Shown in pieces: positions 36,780-50,278 of a DNA stretch of 64,000 nt. The position numbers were made by a program, and so were the translations under genes. The notes under the pieces were generated by a model that was given only the letters and a program-made list of their open reading frames with translations, did no database searches and was not told where the DNA came from. How positions within the stretch are numbered: position 1 is the stretch's first letter; each line of letters opens with the position of its first letter. Source of the DNA: Octopus sinensis (lineage: Eukaryota); assembly GCF_006345805.1 (NCBI RefSeq), contig NW_021832432.1:310001-374000 (forward strand), written 5' to 3'.

Positions 36780-38531
36780 TAATAATTTTCTTTTCTTTAT
36801 TTTCTCATTAAAGTTTATATTAGATCTTACTTGATCTACCAAGTGTTGTGTCCACCTTTAAGTATAGCTTACAATCACCTGAAATATATATGATATAATT
36901 GCACATTTTAACCTTTTGATACCAACCTTCCTGCATATACACCTGATTCTATGGATACCAACTTCCAGTTTGAAAGTGATCTAAATTAAAGCCTTCCATC
37001 AAAATTTCATGTTAATTTTATGTTTTAACAACCAGTTTAATGGTGACAAGGTTATTCTACTAAATCCTTCATTATTTTCAAAATAGATTGAAACAAAAGA
37101 CTGTGTAAATCAACAGAAATAAGGTGAGGAAAGGGCTAAGCTCAGTTTAAGGTGAAAAAAACCTATTAATTTGTCTTAAGGCAATCAGCTGGCAAAATTG
37201 TTAGCACACCAGTTAAAATGCTTAGCAGCATTTCTTCTGTCTTTACATTCTGAGTTCAAATTTTGCTGAGGTTCACTCAGGGTCGATACAATAAGTACCA
37301 TTTGAATATTGGGGTTGATGTAATCAACTTAGCCCACTTTCGTTGAAATTTCTGGCCTTGTGCCAAAATTTGAAAGCAGTTTATATATATTATCATAGGG
37401 TAAGAAGCTGGCATAATCGATAGCAATGCTGAGTAAAGTTTTTGTCTTTACATTCCGAGTTCATATTCCACTGAGGTCCACTTTGCCTTTCATCCTTTCA
37501 GGGTTGATAAAATAAGTACTAATTGAACACTGGCGTCAATGTAATTGATTTATCCCCTCCCCTGGAATTGCTGGTTGAGTGCCAAAATTTGAAATCAGTT
37601 AGAAATGAGTGACTGTGTGGTAAGTAGCTTGCTTACCAACCACATGATTCCGGGTTCAGTCCCACTGCATGGCATCTTGGGCAAGTGTCTTCTACTATAG
37701 CCTCAGGCCAACCAAAGCCTTGTGAGTAGATTTGGTAGACGGAAATTGAAAGAAGCCCATCATATATTTGTATATATATGTATGTGTGTGTATATGTTTG
37801 TGTCTGTGTTTATCCCCCCAACATCGTTTTGACAACTGATGCTGGTGTGTTTACATCCCCGTAACTTAGCAATTCGGCAAAAGAGACCGATAGAATAAGT
37901 ACTGGGCATACAAAGAATAAGTGCTGGGGTGATTTGCTCAACTAAAGGCAGTACTCCAGCATGGCCGCAGTCAAATGACTGAAACAAGTAAAAGAGAGAG
38001 TTACGTTGACTTTCTCATTTTAGTATATTTCATACCTGACATAATCAACCTGTTTTTATGGAAAGACAAGCCTTATTTAATGTTGTAAAAATTATATTTA
38101 TATCTTCTGTATACCACTACTTCTGAATTTTTTTTATGACTGATGAGACTAAATTTGTAATGGACTCAGTCTCTTACCTGTCACTATGCTACCTGTAAAA
38201 ATATTGTTAATCATGCACATACTTTCTTTTAATAGTAGACTGTTATATAATGAAAGTCTTGTTAGTTACTATGGTAACAAGTCTACCTCATCTATGTATC
38301 TTTCACTCTCTCTGTCTTTCTCTCCCAGCAACAACTTGTTCTTTCTGATTTTTTTTTTTTCTTGAAACAAAGTTTAATTCTATCTTTCACGCACATATAG
38401 ACACACACTAACACACACAGTCTCTCTCTTTCTTTCACTGAATTTCTCAACAACAACAACAACCTGTCATTATAGTGAAAGTTTTCTTTTAAAGTATGCA
38501 TTGCATTGTCTCTATGTTGAAAGACATACAG

Positions 38532-38565
<34 letters not shown>

Positions 38566-39037
38566 CCAAAAGAATATATATCTATATTGTTATACAGTGA
38601 AAGTCTTTTTTTCCTTTTTCTGAAGCTGTGTTGCATTGTGTTGTCTCTATGTATGTAAATGAAAATAAGGTCTATCAATATTTCGATAACTAAATACAGA
38701 ATGCTTTTAATTGAGGTAGAAGTGACATCTGTTTACACACACTTATATAAACACGTGCAGGCATTGCTGTGTGGTCAAGAATTTTTTCTTGGGTTTAGCC
38801 CTACTGTGCAGCAACTTGTTTGGACAAGTCTCTTCTACTATAGCTTATCAAAATCCTGTGGAATGGATTCGGTCATCAGAAATTGAAAGAAGCCCATTGT
38901 GTGTGTGTGTGTGTGTGTGTACTGACATCTTGTGCTAACTGTAAACAAATGTCATTCCTCTGTATGAAAACTGGAGATTAAAATGATGATAATGATATAT
39001 ATAATATAATATAATATAATATGATATAATATATATG

Positions 39038-39076
<39 letters not shown>

Positions 39077-39080
<4 letters not shown>

Positions 39081-39309
39081 TAAATCCAAAAAAAGAAGAT
39101 GAACAAACAAAAAACAACAATGCAAGGATGTGGTACATGTGAAATATTAGCAGACGCTCAGGGAAGGAAAGAAAGATGGTTTAATGTTTTGAGCAGATGC
39201 TCTTCTTCAAACAGAGGAAAGCCTAGTAGAAAAGAAGAAGGAGGAAGAAGATTGCGAACGATTCATATGTGGTTACATTTTGAAAATCATATATCTATGT
39301 ATATGTATG

Positions 39310-39345
<36 letters not shown>

Positions 39346-39578
39346 ATATACAGTAAATCCAAAAAAAGAAGATGAACAAACAAAAAACAACAATGCAAGG
39401 ATGTGGTACATGTGAAATATTAGCAGACGCTCAGGGAAGGAAAGAAAGATGGTTTAATGTTTTGAGCAGATGCTCTTCTTCAAACAGAGGAAAGCCTAGT
39501 AGAAAAGAAGAAGGAGGAAGAAGATTGCGAACGATTCATATGTGGTTACATTTTGAAAATCATATATCTATGTATATG

Positions 39579-39625
<47 letters not shown>
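39077..39625 (-). repeat. Tandem dimer of a 273-bp (TA)n-flanked element with a decayed hammerhead-like core
   Basis: Units offset by 273 bp (39099/39372), unique parts identical; minus strand TTGAAGA-A-GAGCA-tc-TGCTC-AAAACATT. Confidence 0.85.
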
Positions 39626-39629
<4 letters not shown>

Positions 39630-40254
39630 GAGAATAGATATTTATATTCAGTTTTATTCAGCAACCAACTACTTCTTTTCCTTTCTGCACCTACACCTGT
39701 TTCTGCAGTAATTAACTAATGCGCACTAAAAAATTTGTATCTTTGTGTGCACTTATTGTTAGTTGCCACTTCTTCAGGGTGGAATCAACCACATTGTTCA
39801 AATAGAATCTAAATTAAATACAAGTCCAGCCAAAATACATGTGGTGCTGTCATTGTTCCAAAAAATAGCCTAGATCATGTCCTTTTCAACTCTGCTAGTT
39901 GTCCAAGGAATTTTAGTATTCTGCTGATGTAGACCATCCTTAAATGGTAAGTAGTAGTATTAATGCTTAGTATCAGGTTACCTTAAGTATGTTTTTTACT
40001 GTTATTATCATCCCTCACCTTAGTATTCCTGCCTCTGCCATTCTTATTATTATTGTTGATATTGTTAGTAATGAGCTATAAGTCTATTATTTAATTTGGT
40101 AATTTCATAATTAAATTAAGTTTATTTAAATTTAAGGATATCATTAATTTCATTCCCAAACTGTTATATAATCCCTGGAATAAGGTTGATTTATCTAGGA
40201 GTTTAATTCAATTACCCTCTCAATTTGCTATTGTTTACTTGATTTCAGTTCTAT

Positions 40255-40558
40255 AATGAGAGGGTTCACTGCTTCCGTAGCTGAATGGAAGAAACCCTGA
40301 AGTATCAGGACCTGACAGTGAACTATCTCTTCCAGCCTGTGGCATTTGAGACGTTCGGAGGGACTGGGCCACTAATCGCAAAGTTCTTGTCAATGTTCAC
40401 AGCTCGCCTTACCGAGGTGTCAAGTGATGCCCGTGAGGGAGCTTGGCTTTCCCAATGCCTTGGCCTCGCCATCGCCTGTGGTAATGCTGGCTTGCTTCAG
40501 TAGGTTCTGTTAAAACTTGTGGTGTGTAACCAGTTACTGTGATAAAAAAAAAAAAAAT
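40255..40558 (+). mobile_element. 3' end of a CRE-like (restriction-like endonuclease) non-LTR retrotransposon with poly(A) tail
   Basis: LKYQDLTVNYLFQPVAFETFGGTGP..FL..RL..SDAREGAWLSQCLGLAIACGNA matches the KY..F.P.A.ET.G..RL..QRGNA C-terminal pattern; A-run at 40544-40557. Confidence 0.7.
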
Positions 40559-40760
40559 CCCCACAAATGGCTTCAATAGAGTTTTAGCAGAATGATTTGG
40601 AAGAATTCGATGAAAATTTTCCAGTAATTTTCTTGCATGTAAATTGCAATGTTATTATCAGTCCGAATGGGCATAAAGCATATTCAAACTGATAATAACA
40701 TTGCAATCTTACAATTACTGTTTTAATATTAATATATGTTTTAATATTATATATTATGCA

Positions 40761-41087
40761 AAGGCACGTAGCCTATTGGTTAGGGCATTTGGCTTACATT
40801 CGTAAGGTCGTGAGTTCAATTTCTGGTGACACGTTGTGTCCACGAGCAAGACACTTTATTTCACGTTGCCCCAGTCCACTCAGCTGACAAAAATGAGTAG
40901 TACCTGTATTTCGATGGGCCAGCCTTGTCACACTCTGTGTCATGCTGAATCTCCCTGAGAACTATGTTAAGGGTACACGTATTCATGAAGTGCTCAGCCA
41001 TTTGCATGTTAATTTCACGAGCAAGCTGTTCCATTGATCATATCAGCTGGGACCCTCTTTGTCATAACTGATGGAGTGCTCCTGTTT
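40761..41087 (+). mobile_element. tRNA-derived SINE family D; related heads at 34330-34520 and 44219-44513
   Basis: A box tagcctattggttagg, B box gagttcaatt, CORE-like tgtgtcc.cgagcaagacactttatttcac. Confidence 0.75.
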
Positions 41088-41633
41088 TACCTATTATGCT
41101 ATTATTCAAATGTATGAAACGTATATTTAGCTTGGTGAATACAACGTAATGCATAGCACCTTGGGCAAATGTCTTCTTCTATAGCCTCAGGCCAACCAAA
41201 GCCAAAGCCTTGTAATTGGATTTCGTTGACAGAAACTGAGAGAAGCCTGTCGTATATATTATATATATATATGTGTGTGTGTGTTTTGGTGTCTGTGTTT
41301 GTCCCCCACCACTGCTTGACAACCGGTGTTGGTGTGTTTACATCCCAGTAACTTAGTGGTTCAGCAATAGAGGTTGATCGAATAAGTTCTAGGCTTTCGA
41401 AAAAAAAGTCCTGGTGGTCGATTTGTTTGACTAAAACCCTTCAAGGTGGTGCCCCAGCATGGCCACAATCAAATAACTGAAGCAAATGAAAGAGAGAAAA
41501 CAAATATATAAAATATATTATTCTTATATATACATATGAATGGATAGATAAGATGCATATGTACGGACATTCGCATACACATACACCTTTTAAGAAAATT
41601 ATCTTCATTGTTTTATTATTTGTTATATTTCAG

Positions 41634-41756
41634 GAAAATATACATCACTGTGTGATGTATGGAGTTTTGGCATTCTTATGTGGGAGGTTTTCTCTTCCGG
41701 GCTTACACCTTATCAAGGTATGAGCAATGCACAAGCGAAGGAACGAATAGATGCAG
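41634..41756 (+). CDS. Fer: Fer exon: kinase subdomains IX-X ([40 protein letters not shown])
   Basis: ttatatttcag|GA...GCA G|gtaaat; DVWSFG motif. Confidence 0.97.
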
Positions 41757-41807
41757 GTAAATATGACAGCTATCGTTTGCCTTGTTTTAAATTACGATCA
41801 TGAAAAA

Positions 41808-42172
41808 TCTCTCTATATATAAACGGCAAAATGTCTGCGTGTGTGTCCTTTATACAAATCCACAATTTTTCAGTTAGAGGGGTCGCACTTTCTATGGTCA
41901 TTCAAAACCGTCCAAGGGTGGTCATGCACATCTTTGCATTTCCCCAGTCATCCCGCAAAGCCATTAAAAAAATCAATAGAAGTGACTTTTTTGTGAATTT
42001 TCTATCCAAAACCCAATCAAAATGCCCGAAACTTGATACGCCAATTGAATGCCAGCTAGCTGTATGTGATTGGTCGGAGATTTGGACAGTACTCGTGTGT
42101 ATGTGCGCACGCACGCAGCTGTATATGGATGCACTAGCACTATGACCCGGCAACGCCGGGTCATAGTGCTAG
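41808..42172 (+). mobile_element. Non-autonomous Helitron
   Basis: A|TCTCTCTATATATAAA..., 3' hairpin ..cccggc-aac-gccggg..CTAG|T, no TSD. Confidence 0.85.
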
Positions 42173-43734
42173 TATGAAATAAAACGTTTGTTTTGAGATT
42201 CACAGTTGAGTAGCAACCTTAGCAGAGAGAGAGAGAGAGAGAGAGCGCTACAAAGCATTGATGTTTATGAGTAATTTCTAATGTCTTTGCCTTTTGTTAA
42301 ATTTATACCTGCGTACCATGAAGTTATGGTGTTAAGTTGGGTGTCATTTTTGCCTACAAGTAGATGTACATAAACTGTCCAATAAAGAAAAATTAAATTT
42401 TACAGAATTTTCTCCCCTTGGTAAAAATAAGCGTGTGAGATTTTGACGTGCTCTTTCTTGTTCATGTAATTATGAATGCAACCTTTTACACATGAAACTG
42501 GATGTAAGCGAATATATTCTTAGAAGATAAGCATATATAATGCATTCATTAGGGATATTGCATGTCTATAGCAAGCAGATCACAAATGGAAATTTTTGGT
42601 CTGCCGACCTATTTGTAGTCCTGGGCTGAACAAAAACTTACATCACCCAAAGCCTTGTGAATAAATTTGGTCGAGGGAAACTGAAAGCAGCCTATCACAT
42701 ATACCTGTCAAATATGTGTATGCATGTTTGTCTTCATGATAGTTGTAAATGAGTGTCACTGTCATATAAGCAGTGTCATTCATTTCTAATCTTCAGTGAA
42801 AACATGCTTGGCCAGGGGGAAAATATTACCTTACTTGGAAACGAGTGAAGGTTGGTGACAGGAAGGGCATCCAGCCATAGAAAATCTGGTTTCACAAATT
42901 CTGTCTGACCCATGGAAACGTGGAAAAGTGGATGTTAAATATGACACTGGCAATTTACATATATTTACATATTTTTGTCTTTGTCATATTGTTTAGTATA
43001 AAATAATTGAGTGTATGTATTTATGCCCAATTTTACATAACCCATTAAAATTTTATTAAAATCCCTAAATAGATAAATTTAAGTCACACGGTCCTTGGTG
43101 ACTGTGTATCCTAAAATGACATCCAACATGGTTTAACACAACTTCACTCATTCACTTCACTGTGATATTTGTAATAAAAGTCTTTAGGATGAAGTTTTAT
43201 TTTCTATGAGCAACCACTTCTGTGAATGTGTGTGCAAGATCTCTTGGTCAAGCTATTACACAAGACATGCCCTCTGTCCTTTGCATCATGAAGTGCATAA
43301 TGTGCACTTGGCATTCTCTTAAAGAACGTTGAGTATATAAGGTAGAAATCGCAACAGATTAACATTTTCCTGTTAAAAACGATATCTTCAGTTCTATTAC
43401 ATAAGATGAGTAGTGTTTGATATCAGAGCATTTGTCAGCCTCCATCATGATGCTAGTTACTAAAAATTTGTGAAGACTCTTATATATAATTGGCTTTTAG
43501 TGTTTGTGTATTGAATTTTCTTCAAGTGATGTAGCCTTTCAGATTTTTTCCTTAGCATAATATACATTGATTTTGTTTAGTAAAGTAGTTTGGATTTGTT
43601 TAAATAATGAACAGATTGAGACTCTAATTCTGAACATGCATTGTGTGGAATGGGTTGTGGAGAATCCTACATAAACTAATTATGTTGATTAGACTTATAA
43701 GTCATCACTGCAAATAAGGGAAACATTCATCAAT

Positions 43735-44070
43735 ATAATAATAATAATAATGAAATTATTGTATACAGTGCCCAGGTGCACCACAACTTGTCAGAAAGTG
43801 CGTATAAAGTGTATGCAGTAATGTACAAATGTCTGGAAAGCGAACAGTGTATGAGTCAGATACATGCTTGCGTGTGTATGGAGGGGAGAAAATCAGGTGT
43901 AGTGTTGGCGAATCTCAGAAAGCATGGAAGTTTTGAAGGATGCAGTGCTCCGACAACTAACAACTGATGCCGGCAGTTTGTTCCATGCCTCAGCAACTCT
44001 CAGCATGAAAAAAATGTTTCCGAAAGTTATGGGAGCTGTGCTGTTTTCTGACTTTGTAAATATGCCCACA
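43735..44070 (-). mobile_element. CR1-like LINE 3' end with (ATT)n tail; small further piece at 57144-57250
   Basis: Minus strand GHIYKVRKQHSSHNFRKHFF/MLRVAEAWNKLPASVVSCRSTASFKTSML; matches 63790-64000. Confidence 0.8.
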
Positions 44071-44178
44071 CTCCTTATATTGTGTTTACTTGGTGTTACT
44101 AATTTAAAGTTTGATGGATTGATTAGGCTAGTAGTACAGCCAGCCAATCACAGATGAGTGAGCTTGGTCACTACTTGT

Positions 44179-44710
44179 TTAACCCTTTAGCATTTAAAAC
44201 TGCCTTATCCAGCCCAAGTCATGAGGTAGTGAATTTGATTCCTAGACCAAGCAGTGTGTTATGCCCTTGAGCAAGACACTTATTTCATGTTGCTCCAGTG
44301 CACTCAGCTGTAGAAATGAGTTGCAACGTCCCTGGTGCCAAGCTGCATCTGCCTTTGCCTTTCTCTTGGATAACATTGGTGGCATGAAGAGAAGGGACTG
44401 GTATGAATGGGTGACTGCTGGTCTTCCCTGAACAACCTTGCCCAGACTTATGACTCAGAGGGGAACTTTCTAGGTGCAATCCCATAGTTATTCATGATCG
44501 AAGGGGGTCTTTATTCAGCCAAAGATTTCTGCCTGTTTTATGTTCAAACTGGCCAGATCTGACCTCTCCTACTAACCCTACAATATCATTCAAAAAATTA
44601 AGTTACTTCATCAAAATATCCATAGCTACAAGATAATGCATGATTAAATTAAAACAATATGAATAAAAAAGCATTGTATTTGATAATATAATGTGAATGC
44701 TAAATGGTTA
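44179..44710. mobile_element. TTAA MITE interrupted by a 5'-truncated SINE (44219-44513)
   Basis: Degenerate TSD ttatccagcccaag / ttattcagccaaag around the SINE. Confidence 0.7.
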
Positions 44711-45373
44711 CGGTTCTATTTAATCCCACAGACATAGACATACTCCTGACCTCTTCACCCTTGATTCTGCAGAACATCTAAGACGTGACAGCTGGAGTAA
44801 GAGAACGCTATACCAACACCCAGTTGGTAATCATTACTGCTAAGTAAACAGAAGCAATGTGAAAGGAAGTACCTTGTGCAATCTGGTATCATTCCTGGAA
44901 TTGAACATACAGCCTTATCATCAGAGCTGAATACCTGGACCACTAGACTATACATCTTACTAGTATAAATTAAATGTTACATGGGTACTGATTGATGACA
45001 ATGATTAAATACAAACCATTGCCTTGTTCACTTGCTTTCTGATATCCTGTTGGTCAGATCACTTGAATTTCTCTCTCTCTCTTTCATATTAATTGTATGC
45101 AAGACTAATAGCAGTTGTTAATTGAAAAAGCATCCAGCTGTTAAAATAATCACTCCATATCTTACCTATGCAAACATGGGGAAATTGATAATGTAAAAGA
45201 ATATGCAAGATTCAATAGATTTTCGGTAATATTTCTAGAGATTGTCTATCAGAAACATGATGCATTTATCCAAATAATGCACTTCATGAAGTCGTAACTG
45301 GTTTGATTTTACTGACTTGTAACTTTTCATTCTAAGCATGTTCATGTGTTTTTTTTTTCTATTTCTACGTTAG

Positions 45374-45513
45374 GCTACCGTATGCCAGCACCTCAAGGAA
45401 CCCCTGAGGAAATATATGAACTGATGCACCGGTGCTGGAAGTATGATCCAGAAGCTCGACCTCATTTTGATGAAATCAACAAGGAGTTAAAGAAAATCTT
45501 AGCTACCATCTAG
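45374..45513 (+). CDS. Fer: Fer terminal coding exon (YRMPAPQGTPEEIYELMHRCWKYDPEARPHFDEINKELKKILATI*)
   Basis: ctacgttag|GC TAC...ATC TAG; CW..P..RP.F subdomain XI. Confidence 0.96.
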
Positions 45514-46345
45514 ATTTAAGAATTAGGCATTGTTACTACGCAACAAACTGAGAATTGTTTCTAGGCAACAAGCTATTAAACATGAAAGCATTTTTAGAGT
45601 GCTGTCTATCCTAGAGTGAAATGTATAGCAAAATGAGAAAGAAACTCTTTCCTCTCTTTTGCTATTTTTTTCTTTCAGAATGAAAAAGTGAAAGAATTAT
45701 CTTGAAGAAATGGTTAGGATTTTGTACAGATTAAAATAATCAAATGGACTACATATTTTCTTTGTCTAATTTTTATATTTAAAGAAAAAATCCCAAGCAA
45801 AAGTAGGCAATAAATATATTTAACTTAAAATTTCACAGGGAGAGAAAAAAAAAAGAGAAATGAAAGAAAAATTATTAAAGGGAAATTGCTTTAAAACTTG
45901 GGTTGCTTTTTCCGATATCTTATAATTTAATTTTTTTAATGGGATGGGATTCAGAGATTAATCATTCTTTTTAACTATTTTTATTCCTCTTTTTCTAAGC
46001 TGACTGCATTTTCTACATCTGAGTCCAATTTTTATAAATTTTATCCAGCAAATTTACAGATCTATTTTCACTTCATCTCTATCACTTATAATTCTACTCT
46101 ATTGCAGTCTTTTCCCTTGCTCTTACCTTAATTTCTGACACATATTTTGTTTCTTTTTATTGAAATATTTCAAACCCTGCAATGTCCCCTGAAAACACCC
46201 TTAAATAAAAAAAAATATCATTTGCTATCAGAAAATTATATTTTTCTAGCTGCATTTTTTTTTTTTATTATTATCCATTATCTATTTTTTATTACCGTAA
46301 CTATAAAAGTAAAAAATCAAACACCCCTAAAAGTAAAGAATAAAC
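45514..46345 (+). other. Proximal 3' UTR with candidate AATAAA signals (about 45809, 46204, 46339); true end unknown
   Basis: Follows the stop codon; AATAAA hexamers are common in such AT-rich DNA. Confidence 0.35.
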
Positions 46346-46680
46346 TTTCATAACTGTGAGATATTTGATGAAATAATGAAGGTAATAATCATTGGTAGTT
46401 ATGATGATCAACTGAAGATATGAGGATTTTTCTAGAAGTTACATTGACCTCCAACTTGCACCCATATTTTTATTATTTCTAGAAGATTTTTACAGTTTCT
46501 CACTGGCTTCTTTTCAGCCTTTCCCTGTGACAAACATGTAATGTGAAAGAAACTGCAGCTCTTCTCTCCCATGCATCGACACTTTCATACAAATATCTTT
46601 TCCATTTACTTTCATATTCTTTCTCTCTATCCATCAATCCATCCACATATCCATCCATCTATATATGTATGTATATGTAT

Positions 46681-46734
<54 letters not shown>

Positions 46735-49700
46735 TATATATCCCTCTCCCTTCTTCTTACATATATGCACACACACACATATTTAAAATTATTTTTATAC
46801 ATAATATAATGGCCATAAGGATACTTCTATTCCTGCCAATCAATCAACCAACCAACCTACTTACACACAAACACATACACATAGACAACTCATTTCCAAC
46901 AAAGTGTATATTTAGCATATACATTCAGACTCTCTATTCATCATATCAAATTGCTAATTTTTATCAAAATTGACAAAGAATCTATTATAGAAACACAGAA
47001 ATCCTAAGAATTTGATTCTACAACAGGAAAAACAAATAATTATTTGGGGACCAGTGTGTTCTGTCAGTTCTAAATACTTGGTTCGATTAAACCAATTGTA
47101 TTGAGTGCCAACCTTAAAATTTTCTCCTCTCTAGGGTATCTACTGATACTTCCAGCTAATACTTTTTTTTCTCTCACTACCCATTCACTCCTACTCCTGC
47201 TACATTTCTGTATAAAACAGTGAGTGTACCTTCAAAATCAAGCTCGGCACTACTCCTGTGTTCATTGGCTTTGACTATGCCAGATCTTGCATTGTCAGAG
47301 AATCATCTGCAGTGCCCTGGCAGCCCCCACTGAGGATTTAGTGATATGTGATGTGATGTAGATGCTGATATGATGTTAATTCTTTCTTCTGCATTTGGAT
47401 ATCTGTTGTGCTATTGTTACTTTTTAAAGGCAATGGAATTCCAGAATCCATACAGTGACAGGGAAAATATATCTCACAGCATTTGGTTGTTGCATTTTAT
47501 GTTCTTACTTCAAATCTTGCCGAACCTGACTTTGCCATTTAAGTACACCTGTAAAATATAGGAATGGATGTAACCAACTGTTTGGGATTTGTGTTTATGT
47601 TAAACACTAACTTTACATACTAATTCTCAATACATCCTACCCTTCTAACACAAAGAATCTGTTTTATTCATGCATATTCACACACACGCTCCTCCCTAGA
47701 GTTCCCATCAATGAATGATATTTAATCTTTGGAAAAATTGCAGTGAATTACTGCAAACTCAATAAGTGGCTTGGTGACAAGTTGTGACCATTTCGCATTG
47801 CTTATGTTGCTAATTTCTTTGAGAAAGCATGAACATACTCTCACAGACCCCTTGTTGTAAATTTCAAAACCACCTGCCTATATAAGACATATTATTAAGT
47901 CAAATAGCCATTAGTTATTTAGCTATAATTCTTAGTTATTTTTCCTACTTCTCTTGAATAATATTAAAATTATCAAATTCATTAGATGTGCATTTTTCTT
48001 GCTGTTAGCCTCTGGTCAGTCATCACTGATTGAGCAGAACTGTCATCAAAAGTGTTCAAAGTCAATTTAGTGGTATATTACTCTTCATTGTGTCCCTTTT
48101 TTTAAGATGGTAGGTTATGATTTGAAGAAGATTTGACTGCTGAGTAACTGCACAGAGGTCCCCTTGTTAGCTCCTCTTTGTGTGCCATGTGTGAAGGACA
48201 GTGATAAAATTGCATGCCTATTTTTGTTTATATAGCACTAGCATAGGTAATGGTGGTAGTAGTAGTAGTAGCAGTAGCAGTAGCAGAAGCAGCAGCAGCA
48301 GTAGTAGTAGTAGTAGTAGTAGTAGTAGTTCCTTTAATCAATATTATGGATTGTTGGTTTTAGGTGGCAGATTATATAGCAAGACTCAGCACCTGCTGGT
48401 ATCAGTTGCATATGTAATGAAAATAAATTTCGTGCTTGCAAGTACAACTCGAAACGGATTTGAGCAGTAATTGTCATTGCTGTTATCATCACCATCATCA
48501 TCATCATCATTGTTATTCTCCTTGTGTTATAGTGTGGGTTGCACAGGTCTGCAGAGTGGTTTACTCTGCCGCTGCTCTCTTGTCTTTGCTGATTTCTTCA
48601 GTTTTCTCAAAACCTCATAGATCGCTCTTGACACCATAATTCTCTTTCTTTGATCTCTCTCGTCTCTCCTCTCTCATTTGTCGGTTCACTGCATCCATTT
48701 TCTCCCTTCAGTCCTTCTCCTCTTTCTCATCCATTATCATCAGATCTCCATGTCAGTCCTCTATTCTATAAGCAACCTCTTCTATTACTGATTCAAAGGT
48801 TTAATGGGTGTTGCCTCACATACCTCAAATCGTATTTTATGTTGGGAACAATGTTAACGTTTATACATTATCATTTAATTTTACTTTCTATCTTTTAATC
48901 CTTTTGTTTCTTTTGGGTAGCTTATGTCTTATCTTACTGACTATATTTTATACTTGAGGGATTAACCATGACAAAATTTCAAATATGAATGTCTGTACAC
49001 TTCCTGTAAAGTTGAAGAAAGTATTTTCAGAAATACTACAGAAACCACATCAATCAATCGGATATTGTGAACAACTTCCAGAACTAAATTACCCTTGTTC
49101 CACCTTAACCCACTGTCAATTTTTTTAAATCAAGAATTATAATGAAGATGTATTCTTTTTTCATCTTCTTCTGGCTCGTAGTTGATACAGAATCAACGTT
49201 GGCTCCTGTACAAAAAGGAGACACTTACAATTATATTGCTAAACGGTTTTACATCAAGAATTAAACTTAAAGAACCACTCTTCATCAAAAAGATGATCAA
49301 AAACAAAACAAAACAAAAAAATGAAATGAAAAGCACCTTTGAATTGAATTTCCAAAGGTTTTAGATACCTGAAAATGACATTGAAAATTCTGAAGATCAG
49401 GCAATCTGGAAGATTTAACAGATTCCTCTAAAAATTATTTTTTTCTTGAATTATTAAAAAATTATACTGACCAAAATTGCTGTCAAATAATTCCACTAAT
49501 AGGTGATTATAATTTCTTTTAAATTATTATTATGTTTTTTTTTTTTTACTTCCTTAATAATTTGATGATTGAACTGGCTTTAAATGTTCTTTGCATGGTC
49601 TCAAATATCTTAAGTCTATTGTTATTTCTTGTTTCTGCTGATCTGAATGGAATTTTGCAGGAAACATGCAAATGTCTTCCAAATATATGTTTCAAAAATA

Positions 49701-50278
49701 AAACTTGAAAAAAGAAAGACAGAAATAAATTGCAGATCCTTAGAAATTTTATTTTAAATATTTCTTATTTTATTTCATCTGAATTTTCTTATTTTCATTT
49801 CAATAATTTAAATTCAAAAGCTGACATTTTTATTACCAATTTTGTATATTTTTCAAATATATTTATTGATTTCAAGTTATTTATTTTATTGAAAAAACAA
49901 AAAAAAAAGCGTTTTAGTCAAAAATGTAATTTGAGCTCAAAATCGTATTTTATTTTGAGCTATAACTGTGCATTCTTTAATTAACTGCTGTTGAAGTAAT
50001 GTAATTTGGTGCTTAAAGGATTATGCAATCAGCAAAGTATTTTTGGAAGAGTAAATTGATATAAAGCAGTTTCTTCTGTAGAGAAAACCCTTCTTGAAAT
50101 CTTCATTGCTGTATGACGTGATGTGATACTGCTTTGGAAACAAACATACGTTTAAATGCGTTTATTCACTCAGAAGATCTGTTCAAATTTTTTCGTCTAT
50201 TACAAAGTTGTTGTTATATAACTAAATGGTCATCATAAATGTTATTGATATTAATAATTATTATAAGACAAAAAAAGA

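Noticed and set aside
38140-38175. CTGATGA followed by a hairpin (similar case near 59777-59830)
   Set aside because: No GAAA after the stem, or a broken core and stem II; not enough for a hammerhead call
39099-39719. Duplicated 85/115-aa ORFs
   Set aside because: Chance frames in the duplicated non-coding element; they run into (TA)n
40761-40830. tRNA-like sequence
   Set aside because: A/B boxes only, continues into a SINE body; not a tRNA gene
48201-48898. Poly-Ser and poly-His ORFs downstream of Fer
   Set aside because: (AGT/AGC)n and (CAT)n microsatellites; no splice or homology support
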